DNA of 64,000 bases. Source: an uncultured Planctomycetales bacterium (GTDB lineage: Bacteria > Omnitrophota > Gorgyraeia > Zapsychrales > Zapsychraceae). Both the position numbers and the translations under genes were made by a program. Below are positions 1 to 10,775 of the stretch, one piece after another (the first letter of the stretch is position 1; the number at the start of each line of letters is the position of its first letter). The DNA is taken from contig CAZHWM010000012.1 of the NCBI GenBank assembly GCA_964535935.1, positions 1,232 through 65,231 of the forward strand. The letters are read 5' to 3'. The notes under the pieces were generated by a model that saw nothing but the letters and a program-made list of their open reading frames with translations, did not search any database and was not told the DNA's origin.

Positions 1-1017
1 AATGCTATTTTATACCCTGTGGTAGCAATTCCCCTTGCTATAATAGGGTTTGGTGCTCAAAGTTTTGTATGGGGAGTAATAGCAGGAGCGCTAGGAATGG
101 TGGGGGTAAGGTATTACTGGTTATTTAAATACTTTTCTTGGCGGCCCCAAATATTAATTGATAAGAAAAGTGCGAAAGAACTATTAAGTTTTGGTATATT
201 TCTAACATTAACCAATATACTAAACTTTTTTTTATGGAATCTCCAAAAAATAATTACTGGTAGATATCTTGGAGCGAGTGAGCTTGGATACCTAAACAGG
301 GCAGCTAACCTTAGCGCCATGCCGTTACAAAAATTAAATACAACCGTAGGAAATGTGCTCTTGCCTGCCTTTTCCAAAATACAAGAAGATATAGATAGAA
401 TAAGGGATTGGTTCAGAAAGATGAATTTTTTTAGTTACACTTTAGCCGCTCCTTTTTTAATATTTTTTGCTTTTTTCCCAGATTGTTTTATTGCTACTAT
501 ATTTGGGACAAAATGGATACCAGCTGCTAAACTATTAATATTTACTTCATTTAACACATTGTTAGGTATTCCAAATTTTTATTGGATAAATATAATAAAT
601 AGCAAAGGCCTTCCTTATATGGTTTTTTATATGAATTTGGTAAGGCTTCCTATATTTTTAACCAGTCTGTTTATAGGAGTAAAATTTGGTATTAAAGGGG
701 TAGTGATTGCATTATCGGTTGATGCTATCATAAAATTAATATTTACTCTTTTTGTATTGCACAAATATATAGGATTGTATGTAAAGGATTTTATTATATC
801 CATATTTGAACCTGTGGGGATTTCTTTGTTATTTGCGATTATACTTTTATTTTTGCGATATACTATACTATCAACTATAGCTTATTGGGGCCAATTACTT
901 TGCCTTAGCTTTTTATTTTTTGTTTCTATTTTTATATATTATTTTTATAGATGGAAATATAATAGCCATATTGATTACTTGCATTTTGATATAAAAACAA
1001 CCTTTAGGCATAACTAG
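1..1017 (+). CDS. Polysaccharide flippase, Wzx/MOP family, C-terminal ~338 aa; the 5' end lies upstream of the window
   Basis: Frame 1 is open from nt 1; the track starts it at an internal GTG at 19. The product is a series of hydrophobic helices with short loops. It is the first gene of a co-directional GT/Wzy/OPX/Wzc cluster. Confidence 0.7.
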   Translation, partial: NAILYPVVAIPLAIIGFGAQSFVWGVIAGALGMVGVRYYWLFKYFSWRPQILIDKKSAKELLSFGIFLTLTNILNFFLWNLQKIITGRYLGASELGYLNRAANLSAMPLQKLNTTVGNVLLPAFSKIQEDIDRIRDWFRKMNFFSYTLAAPFLIFFAFFPDCFIATIFGTKWIPAAKLLIFTSFNTLLGIPNFYWINIINSKGLPYMVFYMNLVRLPIFLTSLFIGVKFGIKGVVIALSVDAIIKLIFTLFVLHKYIGLYVKDFIISIFEPVGISLLFAIILLFLRYTILSTIAYWGQLLCLSFLFFVSIFIYYFYRWKYNSHIDYLHFDIKTTFRHN

Positions 1018-1023
1018 TTGAGA

Positions 1024-2163
1024 ATGAATAATATACTAAAAAAAATTTTTTTTCATATAGAGAATGGTGTTTTAAGATTTAAAAGGAAAAAAGATATCAT
1101 GTTTGGTATCTATAACGATATTATGTTTTCTTATGCAGAAGATATTTTAAAAATATTAGCATCACGAGATGACATCCGTTGCTGGATAACAATCCCGCCG
1201 AATTTATCCATGGAGGGAGATTTTCTTTATAAATTAAAAAGAAAGAAAAAAGACAAGGGCTATAAGATATTGCCATACATTATTGCGGAGAAGATAAAAT
1301 GGGATATAGTCTTTCTGCCGGATAAAAATATCTATTTCAGAAAGGGGTGTAAAAAAATTTTTTCTGGGCATGGGTTAGCGGCTTATTCTTTAATTGACGG
1401 GTGTGAATATATATATAACAAACAATCATTAACAGAATTTGATGTAATTATAGAAGCAAGTTATTACATAAAAGAAAAGGTTACAAAAATCATGCCAGAA
1501 TTTGAGAACAAAATTTTTGTTGCAGGCTCTTCAAAAGTTGATTACATAATACAGTTAAAGAAGGAACTCAATAAGAAAAATTTTTTAAAAAAAATAGGAT
1601 TTTCTACCAATAGAAAAACTATTATGTTTATATCTCATTGGGGGGAAAAGAGCCTCTTGCAAAAGGAATGGGATAATATTAAACGTTTTTTACCAGAAAT
1701 ATTAGATAAATATAATGTTATATTTACAACACACCGGAGAAATTTAGCTCCAGTCCTATGTGATGGCATTGATTGGAAAAAAGAGATTGAATACTTCAAA
1801 AGATATGACACATTTTATTTTTATAATTCTAATGAAGACCCATTCAAATTTTTAACTGTATCGGATTTATTAATAACCGATCACACTTCATTAGGATTAT
1901 ATTATTTATTTTTAGACAAACCTATCTTATTCCTAGATTTAATCCCAAATAATGAATTTTCATATAGTTCAATTATTCCAAAGACCAAAGAATATGTTTA
2001 TATCGTAAAATGTTTTTCTAATTTAACAAAAGATATTGAGACAGCCCAAAAATCGTTCAAACATGGCCAATATACCGGACTAACTGATAAAATATGCAGC
2101 CATGTTGGCGAATATCATTTACGAATAAAAACACTTCTAACAAAATTCATGGAGCAAGTTTAA
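1024..2163 (+). CDS. TagB/TagF-like CDP-glycerol glycerophosphotransferase family protein
   Basis: The C-terminal half carries TagF-like signatures: KTIMFISHWGE (cf. ILYAPTWR) and LLITDHTSLGLYYLFLDKPILF (cf. LITDYSS..FDF..LDKP.IF). ATG 1024 is preferred over TTG 1018. Confidence 0.5.
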   Translation: MNNILKKIFFHIENGVLRFKRKKDIMFGIYNDIMFSYAEDILKILASRDDIRCWITIPPNLSMEGDFLYKLKRKKKDKGYKILPYIIAEKIKWDIVFLPDKNIYFRKGCKKIFSGHGLAAYSLIDGCEYIYNKQSLTEFDVIIEASYYIKEKVTKIMPEFENKIFVAGSSKVDYIIQLKKELNKKNFLKKIGFSTNRKTIMFISHWGEKSLLQKEWDNIKRFLPEILDKYNVIFTTHRRNLAPVLCDGIDWKKEIEYFKRYDTFYFYNSNEDPFKFLTVSDLLITDHTSLGLYYLFLDKPILFLDLIPNNEFSYSSIIPKTKEYVYIVKCFSNLTKDIETAQKSFKHGQYTGLTDKICSHVGEYHLRIKTLLTKFMEQV

Positions 2164-2165
2164 TT

Positions 2166-3194
2166 ATGCCCAAAGTAAGCGTAATGATACCTGTATACAA
2201 TGGCGAGAATTTTATTAAAGAAAGTATCATGTCTGTATTGGCACAAACATATACGGATTATGAAATTATAGTTATAAATGACGGGTCAACGGATAAAAGC
2301 GAAAAGATATTGACCCCATATATAAAAAAAGGCATTATAAGATATTTTTATCAAGATAATCAAGGTTTTGCGAATGCCAAAAATAGGGCTATACGAGAGT
2401 CAGAAGGAGAATATATTGCATGGCTAGATTATGATGATGTATGGTTGCCAAATAGACTAAGCAAGACAGTTAATATAATGGATAAGGATAAAAATACTGT
2501 TGTCGTTGGAAGTTATTGTGGTTATATCGATGAAAATGGAAAAAAACTACCGTTAGTATATCCTTATCGAGAAAAGGGAGTTATCAATTTTTATTTATTT
2601 CCACGTAATAAAATAATGACAGGATCTGCTTTAATTAGAAAATCTGTTTTATTAGAAAATGATCTCTGGTTTGAACAACAATTTTTCCCCGCAGACGATT
2701 ATCATATGTGGTTAAAACTTTCCTTTCATGGCAAAATGATTATTATTCCTGAAATACTATATCATTATAGAATACATGGGAATAACAGTTCTATAGAACC
2801 AGGTGTCGGGATTAACAAACAAACCATTAGGAAACATTGGCAAGCTGCTAAGGAAATTTTGGGAGTCTCTGACTATAGCCATCTTCATTGTAATTTTTGG
2901 AAAAGAAAAATTTTATCATATTCAGATTGGATAAATCTGCAAAAAGATGCTCAAAAACTATATAATTTATATAAAAAATTATCTTTTTTTTCTCTTATCG
3001 ATAAAATAAAAATATCTTTATATTACGATGCCTTTTTATGGTCTATTTATCTGAAAAATAAAGATATATTTAAAAAGAATTCAAGTATACTAGAAGTTAT
3101 TTCATCGTTAAACAACCCTGCTTTATATTTTTCTTTTAGGTTAACAAAGTTATTTATAAAAAAAATGGAGAATTTTTTATATGCCAACTGTTAG
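2166..3194 (+). CDS. Family 2 glycosyltransferase
   Basis: VSVMIPVYNGENFIKESIMSVLAQTYTDYEIIVINDGSTD plus a DxD motif (WLDYDDVW). The start is moved to ATG 2166, because the track ORF start at 2094 lies inside the upstream gene. Confidence 0.85.
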   Translation: MPKVSVMIPVYNGENFIKESIMSVLAQTYTDYEIIVINDGSTDKSEKILTPYIKKGIIRYFYQDNQGFANAKNRAIRESEGEYIAWLDYDDVWLPNRLSKTVNIMDKDKNTVVVGSYCGYIDENGKKLPLVYPYREKGVINFYLFPRNKIMTGSALIRKSVLLENDLWFEQQFFPADDYHMWLKLSFHGKMIIIPEILYHYRIHGNNSSIEPGVGINKQTIRKHWQAAKEILGVSDYSHLHCNFWKRKILSYSDWINLQKDAQKLYNLYKKLSFFSLIDKIKISLYYDAFLWSIYLKNKDIFKKNSSILEVISSLNNPALYFSFRLTKLFIKKMENFLYANC

Positions 3195-4065
3195 CATAGT
3201 AATTCCAACATATAATTGTGCTAAATACATAAAAGGAGCGGTTGAATCCATCTTAGCTCAATCATATAAAGATTATGAAATCATAATAGTCGATGATGGT
3301 TCCACAACAGATAATACTAAGGAGGTTTTAACTCCATATATTGAAAAAGGGCTAGTTAGATATATTTATCAGGAAAATAGTGGTGTTTCTGCTGCTAGAA
3401 ATAAAGGAATAGAAGAGGCAAAAGGAAAGTATATTGCTTTTTTGGATGCGGATGATCTATGGGAACCGGGATTTTTAGAAGAGTTTTCTTTATTTTGGGA
3501 TAAATATGATTTTCTTATGTGTGATAATTACAGGGCGGAGTATGATAAAGACAATAATGTGATAAATAAAGAAATCCAAAAACGTCCAAGAGATTTGCAA
3601 GAGAATATGTTATATTTTTTGTTAAAGCAAGGGGGAATAGGGAGCCCTGACAGGGTTATAGTAAAAAAGTTTTTTTTGGAAAGGAATGGTATAAAATTCG
3701 ATGAATCTCTACCCTTCAGAGAGGACAAGGATTTTTATGTACAAATTGCAAAAGCCAACCCTAAAGTAAAGATTATAGAAAGACCTTTAGTGACTTATAG
3801 AATATGGAATTATGGTAAAGTAAATGCTACAAGGAGAATAGGAATAAAGTGGATAGAGTATGAGATGTATTTTAAACATAAACATCGTTTGTTATACGAA
3901 CAACTTAATCTTAAGGATGTATATGCAAAGGATCTTTTTGAATTGGCAAGAAAATGTAAATATTGTAAAAAATATAAATACATGTTTTCTATATTATTTG
4001 AGGCATTATGTATGTGGCCTTTGTTGCCGTTAGCATGGATAGAAGAGAAGATTAGGAAGTTATAG
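3181..4065 (+). CDS. Family 2 glycosyltransferase
   Basis: VSIVIPTYNCAKYIKGAVESILAQSYKDYEIIIVDDGSTT and FLDADDLW. It overlaps the upstream gene by 14 nt. Confidence 0.85.
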   Translation: MPTVSIVIPTYNCAKYIKGAVESILAQSYKDYEIIIVDDGSTTDNTKEVLTPYIEKGLVRYIYQENSGVSAARNKGIEEAKGKYIAFLDADDLWEPGFLEEFSLFWDKYDFLMCDNYRAEYDKDNNVINKEIQKRPRDLQENMLYFLLKQGGIGSPDRVIVKKFFLERNGIKFDESLPFREDKDFYVQIAKANPKVKIIERPLVTYRIWNYGKVNATRRIGIKWIEYEMYFKHKHRLLYEQLNLKDVYAKDLFELARKCKYCKKYKYMFSILFEALCMWPLLPLAWIEEKIRKL

Positions 4066-4088
4066 AGAAAATTGTATATCATTAAAAA

Positions 4089-5213
4089 ATGAAAATAGCA
4101 TTTGATATAACAAGATCACTTGAAGAGAAAAAGACAGGGATCGGTACGTATCAACAAGAACTTTTTCGTGCATTAACAGATGTCTCTAAAAATAAACATA
4201 CCATTTATCCTTTAAGTTTATCATCTAAGGTCTATAAGCATAACCCAGGGGTATATTATATCGAAAACCCTTTTTTATATAGCAGACTTTTTTTGAAAAA
4301 TACTTATGATAGGATAAAAATAATTCCTCAGCTAAAAAAAAGTAATACAGATTTATTTCATTTTACAGCATATGTTGCGGTAAAAGGACTTGAACATATA
4401 TCGGTTGCTACTATACATGATGTTATTTTTATAAAGGATAAAAGGCATTATAACCCGTATTTTCATAAAAGACTTCAGGGCCATATAGATAAATTTGCCG
4501 GGATTATCGCTGTATCTGAAACAACGAAACAGGAGATACTGGAGGTTTTCCCTAAGGTAAAAGAAACCAGGATAAAGGTTATTTATGAAGGAGTTAGCGA
4601 TAATATTAAGGCTGTAGACAACAATTCTGTTTTGCGTTTTAAAGAAGAAGTTCTGGGGAATAAAGATATAAGCTATATTTTATATTTAGGTAGTTTTACT
4701 GCCCGAAAAAATGTTGTATCTTTAATTAAGGCATTTGCTTATTTAATTAAAAGGCATAAGATTGAACATAATCTTGTTTTAGCAGGTAAACCTCTGGATT
4801 CATATGATGAATGTATTTCAACTATTGAGGAGTTGGGAATTGATGAAAAAGTAAAGCTAATTCCATATATAGAAAGTAAATATATATGTCATCTTTTAAG
4901 TGGTGCGGATATATTTGTCTTTCCTTCATACTATGAAGGCTTCGGATTGCCTGTATTGGAGGCTATGCGTTGTGGTATTGCTTGTGTTGTATCAAATGTG
5001 TCTTCTTTAAAAGAATTATTCTCTAGGGTTGCTTTTACAATAGATCCGTATAACATAGATGATATATCTAATGGAATTTATAATTTATTAGCAGATGTTG
5101 AGAAACGTAAAGAATATGCCCAAAAGGGATATGATTACGCACGTAGGTTTCGATGGGAAAATACAGCCAAAGAAACTATTAAGTTTTATAAAGATATATT
5201 AGATAAGTTATAA
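4089..5213 (+). CDS. GT4 (GT-B, RfaG-like) glycosyltransferase
   Basis: C-terminal E-x7-E block YYEGFGLPVLEAMRCGIACVVSNVSSL. Confidence 0.85.
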   Translation: MKIAFDITRSLEEKKTGIGTYQQELFRALTDVSKNKHTIYPLSLSSKVYKHNPGVYYIENPFLYSRLFLKNTYDRIKIIPQLKKSNTDLFHFTAYVAVKGLEHISVATIHDVIFIKDKRHYNPYFHKRLQGHIDKFAGIIAVSETTKQEILEVFPKVKETRIKVIYEGVSDNIKAVDNNSVLRFKEEVLGNKDISYILYLGSFTARKNVVSLIKAFAYLIKRHKIEHNLVLAGKPLDSYDECISTIEELGIDEKVKLIPYIESKYICHLLSGADIFVFPSYYEGFGLPVLEAMRCGIACVVSNVSSLKELFSRVAFTIDPYNIDDISNGIYNLLADVEKRKEYAQKGYDYARRFRWENTAKETIKFYKDILDKL

Positions 5214-5264
5214 TTTTGTATCAATTAGTTTAATCCTATTATTAATTGTAAGAAATTCCTACTA

Positions 5265-6380
5265 ATGAAGATATCAATTGATATAAGGAGTCTGCAGGCG
5301 AATCGGAAAACCGGGGTATGGGTATATACCCAGAATCTAGTAGAGGCTATATCCCGCATAGATAAAAATAATATGTATTATCTTATAGGCTCTGGTATAC
5401 GTGTAAAAAGGGAAGATATTATTATTGATGTGGGAGTAAATTTTCGAAAAATCATATTACGTATACCAGATAGAGAATTTATGTATAAAGATATATTATG
5501 GAACAAAGTGGTTCTTCCTATATCCTGTCTAAAACAAAAGATTGACATCTTTCATCAGCCAGTAGGCCATAGCCTGCCTATGTGTGGCAGGTTTAAGAAG
5601 ATAATAACCATCCATGATTTAAGAACCCTACACATAAAAGATTTTCTTCCACAAGACATAGATGCTATGAAAAGGGCATGTAAGATTGCAGATGCTATTA
5701 TAGCTATTTCTGAATTTACTAAAAAAGATATACTGCAGCATTTAGATGCTGAGGAAAACAAGGTTCATACAATTTATAATGGTATAAGTACCAAAATAAA
5801 AAAGATTAAAGACGAAGTTTTATTAGAACATTATAGAAAAAAATACAGCTTGAATAAACCGTTTATTTTTTGCCTTGGTATGGTCCCAAGAAAAAACATT
5901 CCAAGGTTATTAGACGCCTTTGCTAAAAGTAAATATGTCAAAGATGTATTATTGGTGCTTGCAGGCTCGAGCGGGGGACATTTGCCTCAATATAAACAGA
6001 AGGTCAAAGAATTGAGGATAGAAGATTATGTCCGTATGTATGAGAATGTGCCAGAAAAGGATTTGTCCTATTTTTATAGCGATGCTGTTGGTTTTATTTT
6101 CCCGTCGTTAGTTGAAGGATTTGGCCTGCCTCTGTTAGAGGCGCAGAAATGTGGGGCCCCTGTAGCATGTTCTCATACATCTGCCTTGCCTGAGGTGGTA
6201 GGGGATAGCGCATTATTGTTTGACCCCTATAGTATAAATGAGATATCCTCTGCCATAGATAAGATAGTCTCTAATGCAAGATTACGGGAATCGCTTACAA
6301 AAAAAGGATACGAAAATCTGAATAGGTTTAATTGGGATAAAAGTGCGAAACAGCTGGTAAAGATATATGAAGGCCTTTAA
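5265..6380 (+). CDS. GT4 glycosyltransferase
   Basis: LVEGFGLPLLEAQKCGAPVACSHTSALPEVVGD; paralogous in layout to 4089-5213. Confidence 0.85.
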   Translation: MKISIDIRSLQANRKTGVWVYTQNLVEAISRIDKNNMYYLIGSGIRVKREDIIIDVGVNFRKIILRIPDREFMYKDILWNKVVLPISCLKQKIDIFHQPVGHSLPMCGRFKKIITIHDLRTLHIKDFLPQDIDAMKRACKIADAIIAISEFTKKDILQHLDAEENKVHTIYNGISTKIKKIKDEVLLEHYRKKYSLNKPFIFCLGMVPRKNIPRLLDAFAKSKYVKDVLLVLAGSSGGHLPQYKQKVKELRIEDYVRMYENVPEKDLSYFYSDAVGFIFPSLVEGFGLPLLEAQKCGAPVACSHTSALPEVVGDSALLFDPYSINEISSAIDKIVSNARLRESLTKKGYENLNRFNWDKSAKQLVKIYEGL

Positions 6381-6906
6381 ACAGATAATATTTCTTACTA
6401 CTGATTTAAAAAGATGGAAAACCCCATCTATTAAAGAACGTTTTTATAATGTTTTTGAGTTTGGGATTTGGGCTACTATTTTGTATAGGATGAGTAGGAT
6501 GTTGTTCCTATTAGATATTCCTGTGGTCAAAATTGTATTTCGTTTAGCATCATTTTTGATATTTAAATTAAGTGAGATATTGTTTAAGGTATCAATACCT
6601 GCATCAGTAGATATTGGCCCGGGCTTATATATTGGGCATATAAGTTCTATATTTTTCCATCATACAGTTAAGGCAGGCAAAAATCTTAGTGTCGGGCAGG
6701 GGGTTACTATAGGAACTAGAGGTGTTGGTCACAAAGGGGCACCTGTTATAGGAGATAACGTGTATATAGGTACAGGAGCCAAAATCCTTGGGGCTATTAA
6801 TATAGGCAATAATGTTAAGATAGGGGCAAATGCAGTGGTTATTCATGACGTCTCTGATAACTCTACAGCTGTAGGGATCCCTGCAAGGATTGTTGATAAG
6901 GAGTGA
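6367..6906 (+). CDS. Hexapeptide-repeat O-acetyltransferase (serine acetyltransferase-like)
   Basis: Left-handed beta-helix repeats: VGQGVTIGTRG..GAPVIGDNVYIGTGAKILGAINIGNNVKIGANAVVIHDV. Confidence 0.8.
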   Translation: MKAFKQIIFLTTDLKRWKTPSIKERFYNVFEFGIWATILYRMSRMLFLLDIPVVKIVFRLASFLIFKLSEILFKVSIPASVDIGPGLYIGHISSIFFHHTVKAGKNLSVGQGVTIGTRGVGHKGAPVIGDNVYIGTGAKILGAINIGNNVKIGANAVVIHDVSDNSTAVGIPARIVDKE

Positions 6907-6907
6907 G

Positions 6908-8260
6908 ATGTTTCATATTATTAAAGAGATAATACCACCTATAATTCTTTTAGTAGGATTTCTTTTCGCTATTATAGGGCTTACAAACAAACAAAGATGG
7001 ACGTTGCTGTTCATTATCCCTTTTTTCCCTTTACGTAACGTGGTCTATAAACTCCATCCATATCCGTGCGGAAAGGATTTTATTGATATCCTTCTTATCT
7101 CATTGCTTCTTGGGCTTATTTTTAACGCAACCCGTCAACGTAACGGTCGGGTATTTGAAAAATCCCCACTTAATGCTATAGCCTTTATTACTATTATATA
7201 TACTTATATATCATTGTGGAGAGGATATTTTACTTTAGGCTATTTTGCTCCTTTTGATTTATCTGATGAAAGGTTACAGTTTTGGAAAAACTATTCTATT
7301 TTTCCTATATTATATTTTCTTACCTTTAATATTATTAAAGATAAAAAATGGATATGGAGAACAATTGTTGTAATGTCTCTTACGATGGTTGTAATGGATT
7401 ACTATCAACTTATGCAATTGTCATGGTTTTCCAATATAGCTTCCAGAAGTAAAGTTAATGGAACCTTTGTATATCTTGGGCCTAATGAGATAGCGGCATT
7501 TTATTCACAGTATACAATAATACTTATGAGTCTATTTTTTGTTATGAGAAGTAAATTACTTAAATTTATTTTAGGAGGGCTTATTTGGGTTAATATATAT
7601 TGTATTGCCTTTTTATTTTCTAGGGCTGCGTATATAAGTTTAGTAGTGGGCTGTTTCTTCCTTTTCGCTGCACGCAGGAGATTTTTATTAATACCACTTA
7701 TATGTGTGGTTATCTTTTGGCAGACACTCCTGCCTCAAAAAGTTAAAGATAGGATAAATATGACGACAAATCAATATGGTGAATTGGATGTATCCTCTGA
7801 GATGAGGATTATAATATGGGAACAGAGTTTGAATTTATTTAAAGACAGCCCTGTATTAGGAATAGGATTAAAGACATTTAAGTATATGGGGTTTGCATTA
7901 GGTGATACTCATAATATTTACGTTAAATTTTTGGTTGAGCAAGGTATAATAGGATTTCTTTTATTTTTAATCCTTATATGGAAAATGTTTAGGTTGGGAT
8001 GGCAGTTATATAAAAATGGAGATGACCCGCCGGCTAAGGCACTTGGACTAGGATTTGCTATATGTATCGTTGTATTATTGGTCAATAATATGTTTGGTGA
8101 TAGGTGGTCATATTTACCATTGAGTGCATATTTGTGGATATTTGCGGGGTTGGTTGCAAGGTTAAATACATTATCAAACCAGCCTAACATGAACAAGAAA
8201 GAAATACTGATGAAGGAGAAAGAAAGAATTAAAAGGATGTATGGAATAGATATAAAATAA
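6908..8260 (+). CDS. O-antigen ligase / Wzy-type polymerase family membrane protein
   Basis: About 10-12 TM helices. Wzy_C-like core FLFSRAAYISLVVGCFF and GIGLKTFKYMGFALGDTHNIYVKFLVEQGIIGFLLF. ATG 6908 is preferred over the track start at 6890. Confidence 0.7.
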   Translation: MFHIIKEIIPPIILLVGFLFAIIGLTNKQRWTLLFIIPFFPLRNVVYKLHPYPCGKDFIDILLISLLLGLIFNATRQRNGRVFEKSPLNAIAFITIIYTYISLWRGYFTLGYFAPFDLSDERLQFWKNYSIFPILYFLTFNIIKDKKWIWRTIVVMSLTMVVMDYYQLMQLSWFSNIASRSKVNGTFVYLGPNEIAAFYSQYTIILMSLFFVMRSKLLKFILGGLIWVNIYCIAFLFSRAAYISLVVGCFFLFAARRRFLLIPLICVVIFWQTLLPQKVKDRINMTTNQYGELDVSSEMRIIIWEQSLNLFKDSPVLGIGLKTFKYMGFALGDTHNIYVKFLVEQGIIGFLLFLILIWKMFRLGWQLYKNGDDPPAKALGLGFAICIVVLLVNNMFGDRWSYLPLSAYLWIFAGLVARLNTLSNQPNMNKKEILMKEKERIKRMYGIDIK

Positions 8261-8483
8261 AAGGTTTATATAAAAGGAAACATATAATATGACAAATCAA
8301 CGAAGGTGGAATAGAAGTTGAAGTATGCTAGCTATGGAAATGCCAGTTGGTGTAAATGATATATAATAGATCTCAGATCACAAATCTGAGATTGTTGAAG
8401 TTAGTGGCGATAAGTAACAAATTATCAGGCTTATCATATATTGGGGTTTTTGATTAGGATGGTCTGTTATAGTTATAAATTCT

Positions 8484-9635
8484 ATGGAGCAAATAATGGC
8501 TGCTGATAATCTTTTAAATATAGCGCTTTTAACCGACTGCCTTAATAATCTGCAGGCCGGAGCAGAAAAGCAAATCTTTGAATTGAGCAGGGGGTTGGTG
8601 AAGCAGGGGTTTAAAGTTACAATAATTAGTTTAGAATGTGGAGGATCTGCTCCAAAGGATATTATTGAAAAAGCAGGGTGCAAGTTGGAAATCTTTCCCG
8701 TAAAAAAGATTTATAGCCCTGCTGGTATATTAAAAGGTATAAAGTTTAAAGAATATTTACAAAAAGAAAAAATAAATATTCTGCTTACCTATCATTTTAG
8801 TTCAGATATATGGGGGCCTTTTTTTGCACGTATGGCAGGGGTAAAGATTGTTATTTCTAATAGAAGAGATATGGGATTTTGGAGAGGTCCTCATCACATA
8901 ATGGCATATATGCTCATAAATCATTGGGTGGACAAAATTATAGTTGTTGCGAACTCCGTTAAGAAGATGGTATTTGACTCAGAACATGTTGCAGAAGACA
9001 AAATTATGGTTATTCATAATGGAGTAGAACTCCCACAGGATGATATAGATGTTCAGGGAATAAATGATTTAAAGTGTCTTCCAGAAGTTAACAGCTCAGA
9101 TATAATAATTATGCATGTTGCGAATCTTAAACCTATAAAAGGGCATACGTATCTTATTTCTGCATTGGCAAAGATCGTGCCTGTTCAACCTAATGTAAAA
9201 CTTATTTTAGTAGGAGAAGATAGAACGGATATAAATATACACAAACAGGTTATTGACTTAGGGATAGAAGAACACGTAATCTTTCTGGGGAGGCGGGATA
9301 ATGTAAGTGCGTTATTAAGAATGGCAGATATATGTGTTATGCCGTCTTTAAGTGAAGGTATGTCAAATGCAATACTTGAATACATGGCCGCAGGCAAGCC
9401 TGTGATAGCTACAGATGTAGGAGGCAATTCAGAATTAGTTGAACATAACAAAACAGGTTTACTTATTGAAAAAGAAAATATTACACAGTTGAAAGATGCA
9501 ATTTTATTTTTAATAAACCATCCAGATAAGCGTATAGAGATGGGAAAGGCAGGCTATTTAAAGGCTCTGAGGGAATTTTCTATGCAAAAAATGATATCCA
9601 AATATATAGATTTGTTTAACAGTTATATTTCTTAA
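8484..9635 (+). CDS. GT4 glycosyltransferase
   Basis: PSLSEGMSNAILEYMAAGKPVIATDVGGNSELV. Confidence 0.85.
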   Translation: MEQIMAADNLLNIALLTDCLNNLQAGAEKQIFELSRGLVKQGFKVTIISLECGGSAPKDIIEKAGCKLEIFPVKKIYSPAGILKGIKFKEYLQKEKINILLTYHFSSDIWGPFFARMAGVKIVISNRRDMGFWRGPHHIMAYMLINHWVDKIIVVANSVKKMVFDSEHVAEDKIMVIHNGVELPQDDIDVQGINDLKCLPEVNSSDIIIMHVANLKPIKGHTYLISALAKIVPVQPNVKLILVGEDRTDINIHKQVIDLGIEEHVIFLGRRDNVSALLRMADICVMPSLSEGMSNAILEYMAAGKPVIATDVGGNSELVEHNKTGLLIEKENITQLKDAILFLINHPDKRIEMGKAGYLKALREFSMQKMISKYIDLFNSYIS

Positions 9636-9654
9636 AATCTATGTTTAAAATATT

Positions 9655-10767
9655 ATGAAGATAGCTCATTTGATAAGTAGCAGGGGGGTCTTTGGCGCAG
9701 AAAAGGTCGTGTTATCACTGGCCCAACATTTTAATCAGGCAGATAATATTGCATATGTAGGTGTTATTAGAGATAATCGGTTCCCCCTTTTATCTAAGGA
9801 TTTAGTTATTGTTGCACAGGATTTATCTTTGCCAACATTTGTTATTAACTCAGCAGGTAAATTAGATTTACATACAATTAAACAGTTAAAGCAATTTTTG
9901 TTAAAAAATAGGATAGACATATTACATACACACAATTATAAATCTAATATTATAGGAATTATCTCAGCAAAGATGATAGGCATACCGGTTGTTGCAACAG
10001 TGCATGGGTATACAACAGCTACAGTTAATGTTTCTTTTTATGAGATTATGGATAGATGTATATTGCCGTTTTTTAATAGGGTAGTAGTAGTTAATGAAAA
10101 GATATTAAAATATATGCCTTCACGTAAAAGGATGGTTATCAAAAATGGATTAGATATTAATGCTTTTTTGAAAAATGATAAAAAACGTTTAAATTTTAGA
10201 AAAAGGTTCAATATTGGAGAAAATGAAACTGTTATTGGGACGGCAGCTAGGCTTAGTAAGGAAAAAAATCAACAAATGCTTATACGAGCATTAGAGAAAT
10301 TGCTTGCTAATAGCAATAATATAAAACTATTAATTGCAGGAACAGGGGAGCAAAGAGATAAACTTCAAGGCATGCTAGAGCAAAGAGGCTTGACCCATGC
10401 TGTTGTATTTACAGGTTTTATCCAAGACATGACGGAATTTTATTCAGGGATAGATATATTTGTGTTGTCATCGAATACAGAAGGGATTCCAATGGTAATA
10501 TTAGAAGCTATGGCATCTGGGGTGGTTGTTGTAGCAACAAAAGTAGGAGGTATCCCGGAAATAGTTATAGACAATAAGACAGGTCTTTTAGTAGAGGCAG
10601 GTGATGTGGTTGGATTAGCAGATGTAGTAAAGAAGCTAATAGATAACCGTAAGATATGGGATAGATTAACTGTAAATGCGTTAGAATTTATAAAAAAACA
10701 TTTTTCAATAGAGCTAATGATGCAGCATTATTATAATATGTATATCTCTTGCCATAAGACTATATAG
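9655..10767 (+). CDS. GT4 glycosyltransferase
   Basis: SSNTEGIPMVILEAMASGVVVVATKVGGIPEIV. Confidence 0.85.
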   Translation: MKIAHLISSRGVFGAEKVVLSLAQHFNQADNIAYVGVIRDNRFPLLSKDLVIVAQDLSLPTFVINSAGKLDLHTIKQLKQFLLKNRIDILHTHNYKSNIIGIISAKMIGIPVVATVHGYTTATVNVSFYEIMDRCILPFFNRVVVVNEKILKYMPSRKRMVIKNGLDINAFLKNDKKRLNFRKRFNIGENETVIGTAARLSKEKNQQMLIRALEKLLANSNNIKLLIAGTGEQRDKLQGMLEQRGLTHAVVFTGFIQDMTEFYSGIDIFVLSSNTEGIPMVILEAMASGVVVVATKVGGIPEIVIDNKTGLLVEAGDVVGLADVVKKLIDNRKIWDRLTVNALEFIKKHFSIELMMQHYYNMYISCHKTI

Positions 10768-10775
10768 TTCAAATT

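Noticed and set aside
8370-8392. Perfect 9-bp hairpin (ATCTCAGAT / CACAA / ATCTGAGAT) in the 223-nt gap between the Wzy-like gene and the next GT4 gene, considered as a terminator
   Set aside because: It has no U-tract on either strand and lies about 110 nt past the stop codon. It could be an operator or RNA-processing site, but there is no supporting evidence.
9165-9180. TGGCAA-AGATC-GTGC sigma-54-like spacing inside a GT4 gene; also TGGCAT-GTTTT-TGTGC at about 43204 inside glgX
   Set aside because: Both are intragenic. The -12 element is weak in the first and the spacing is off by one in the second. Both are consistent with chance.
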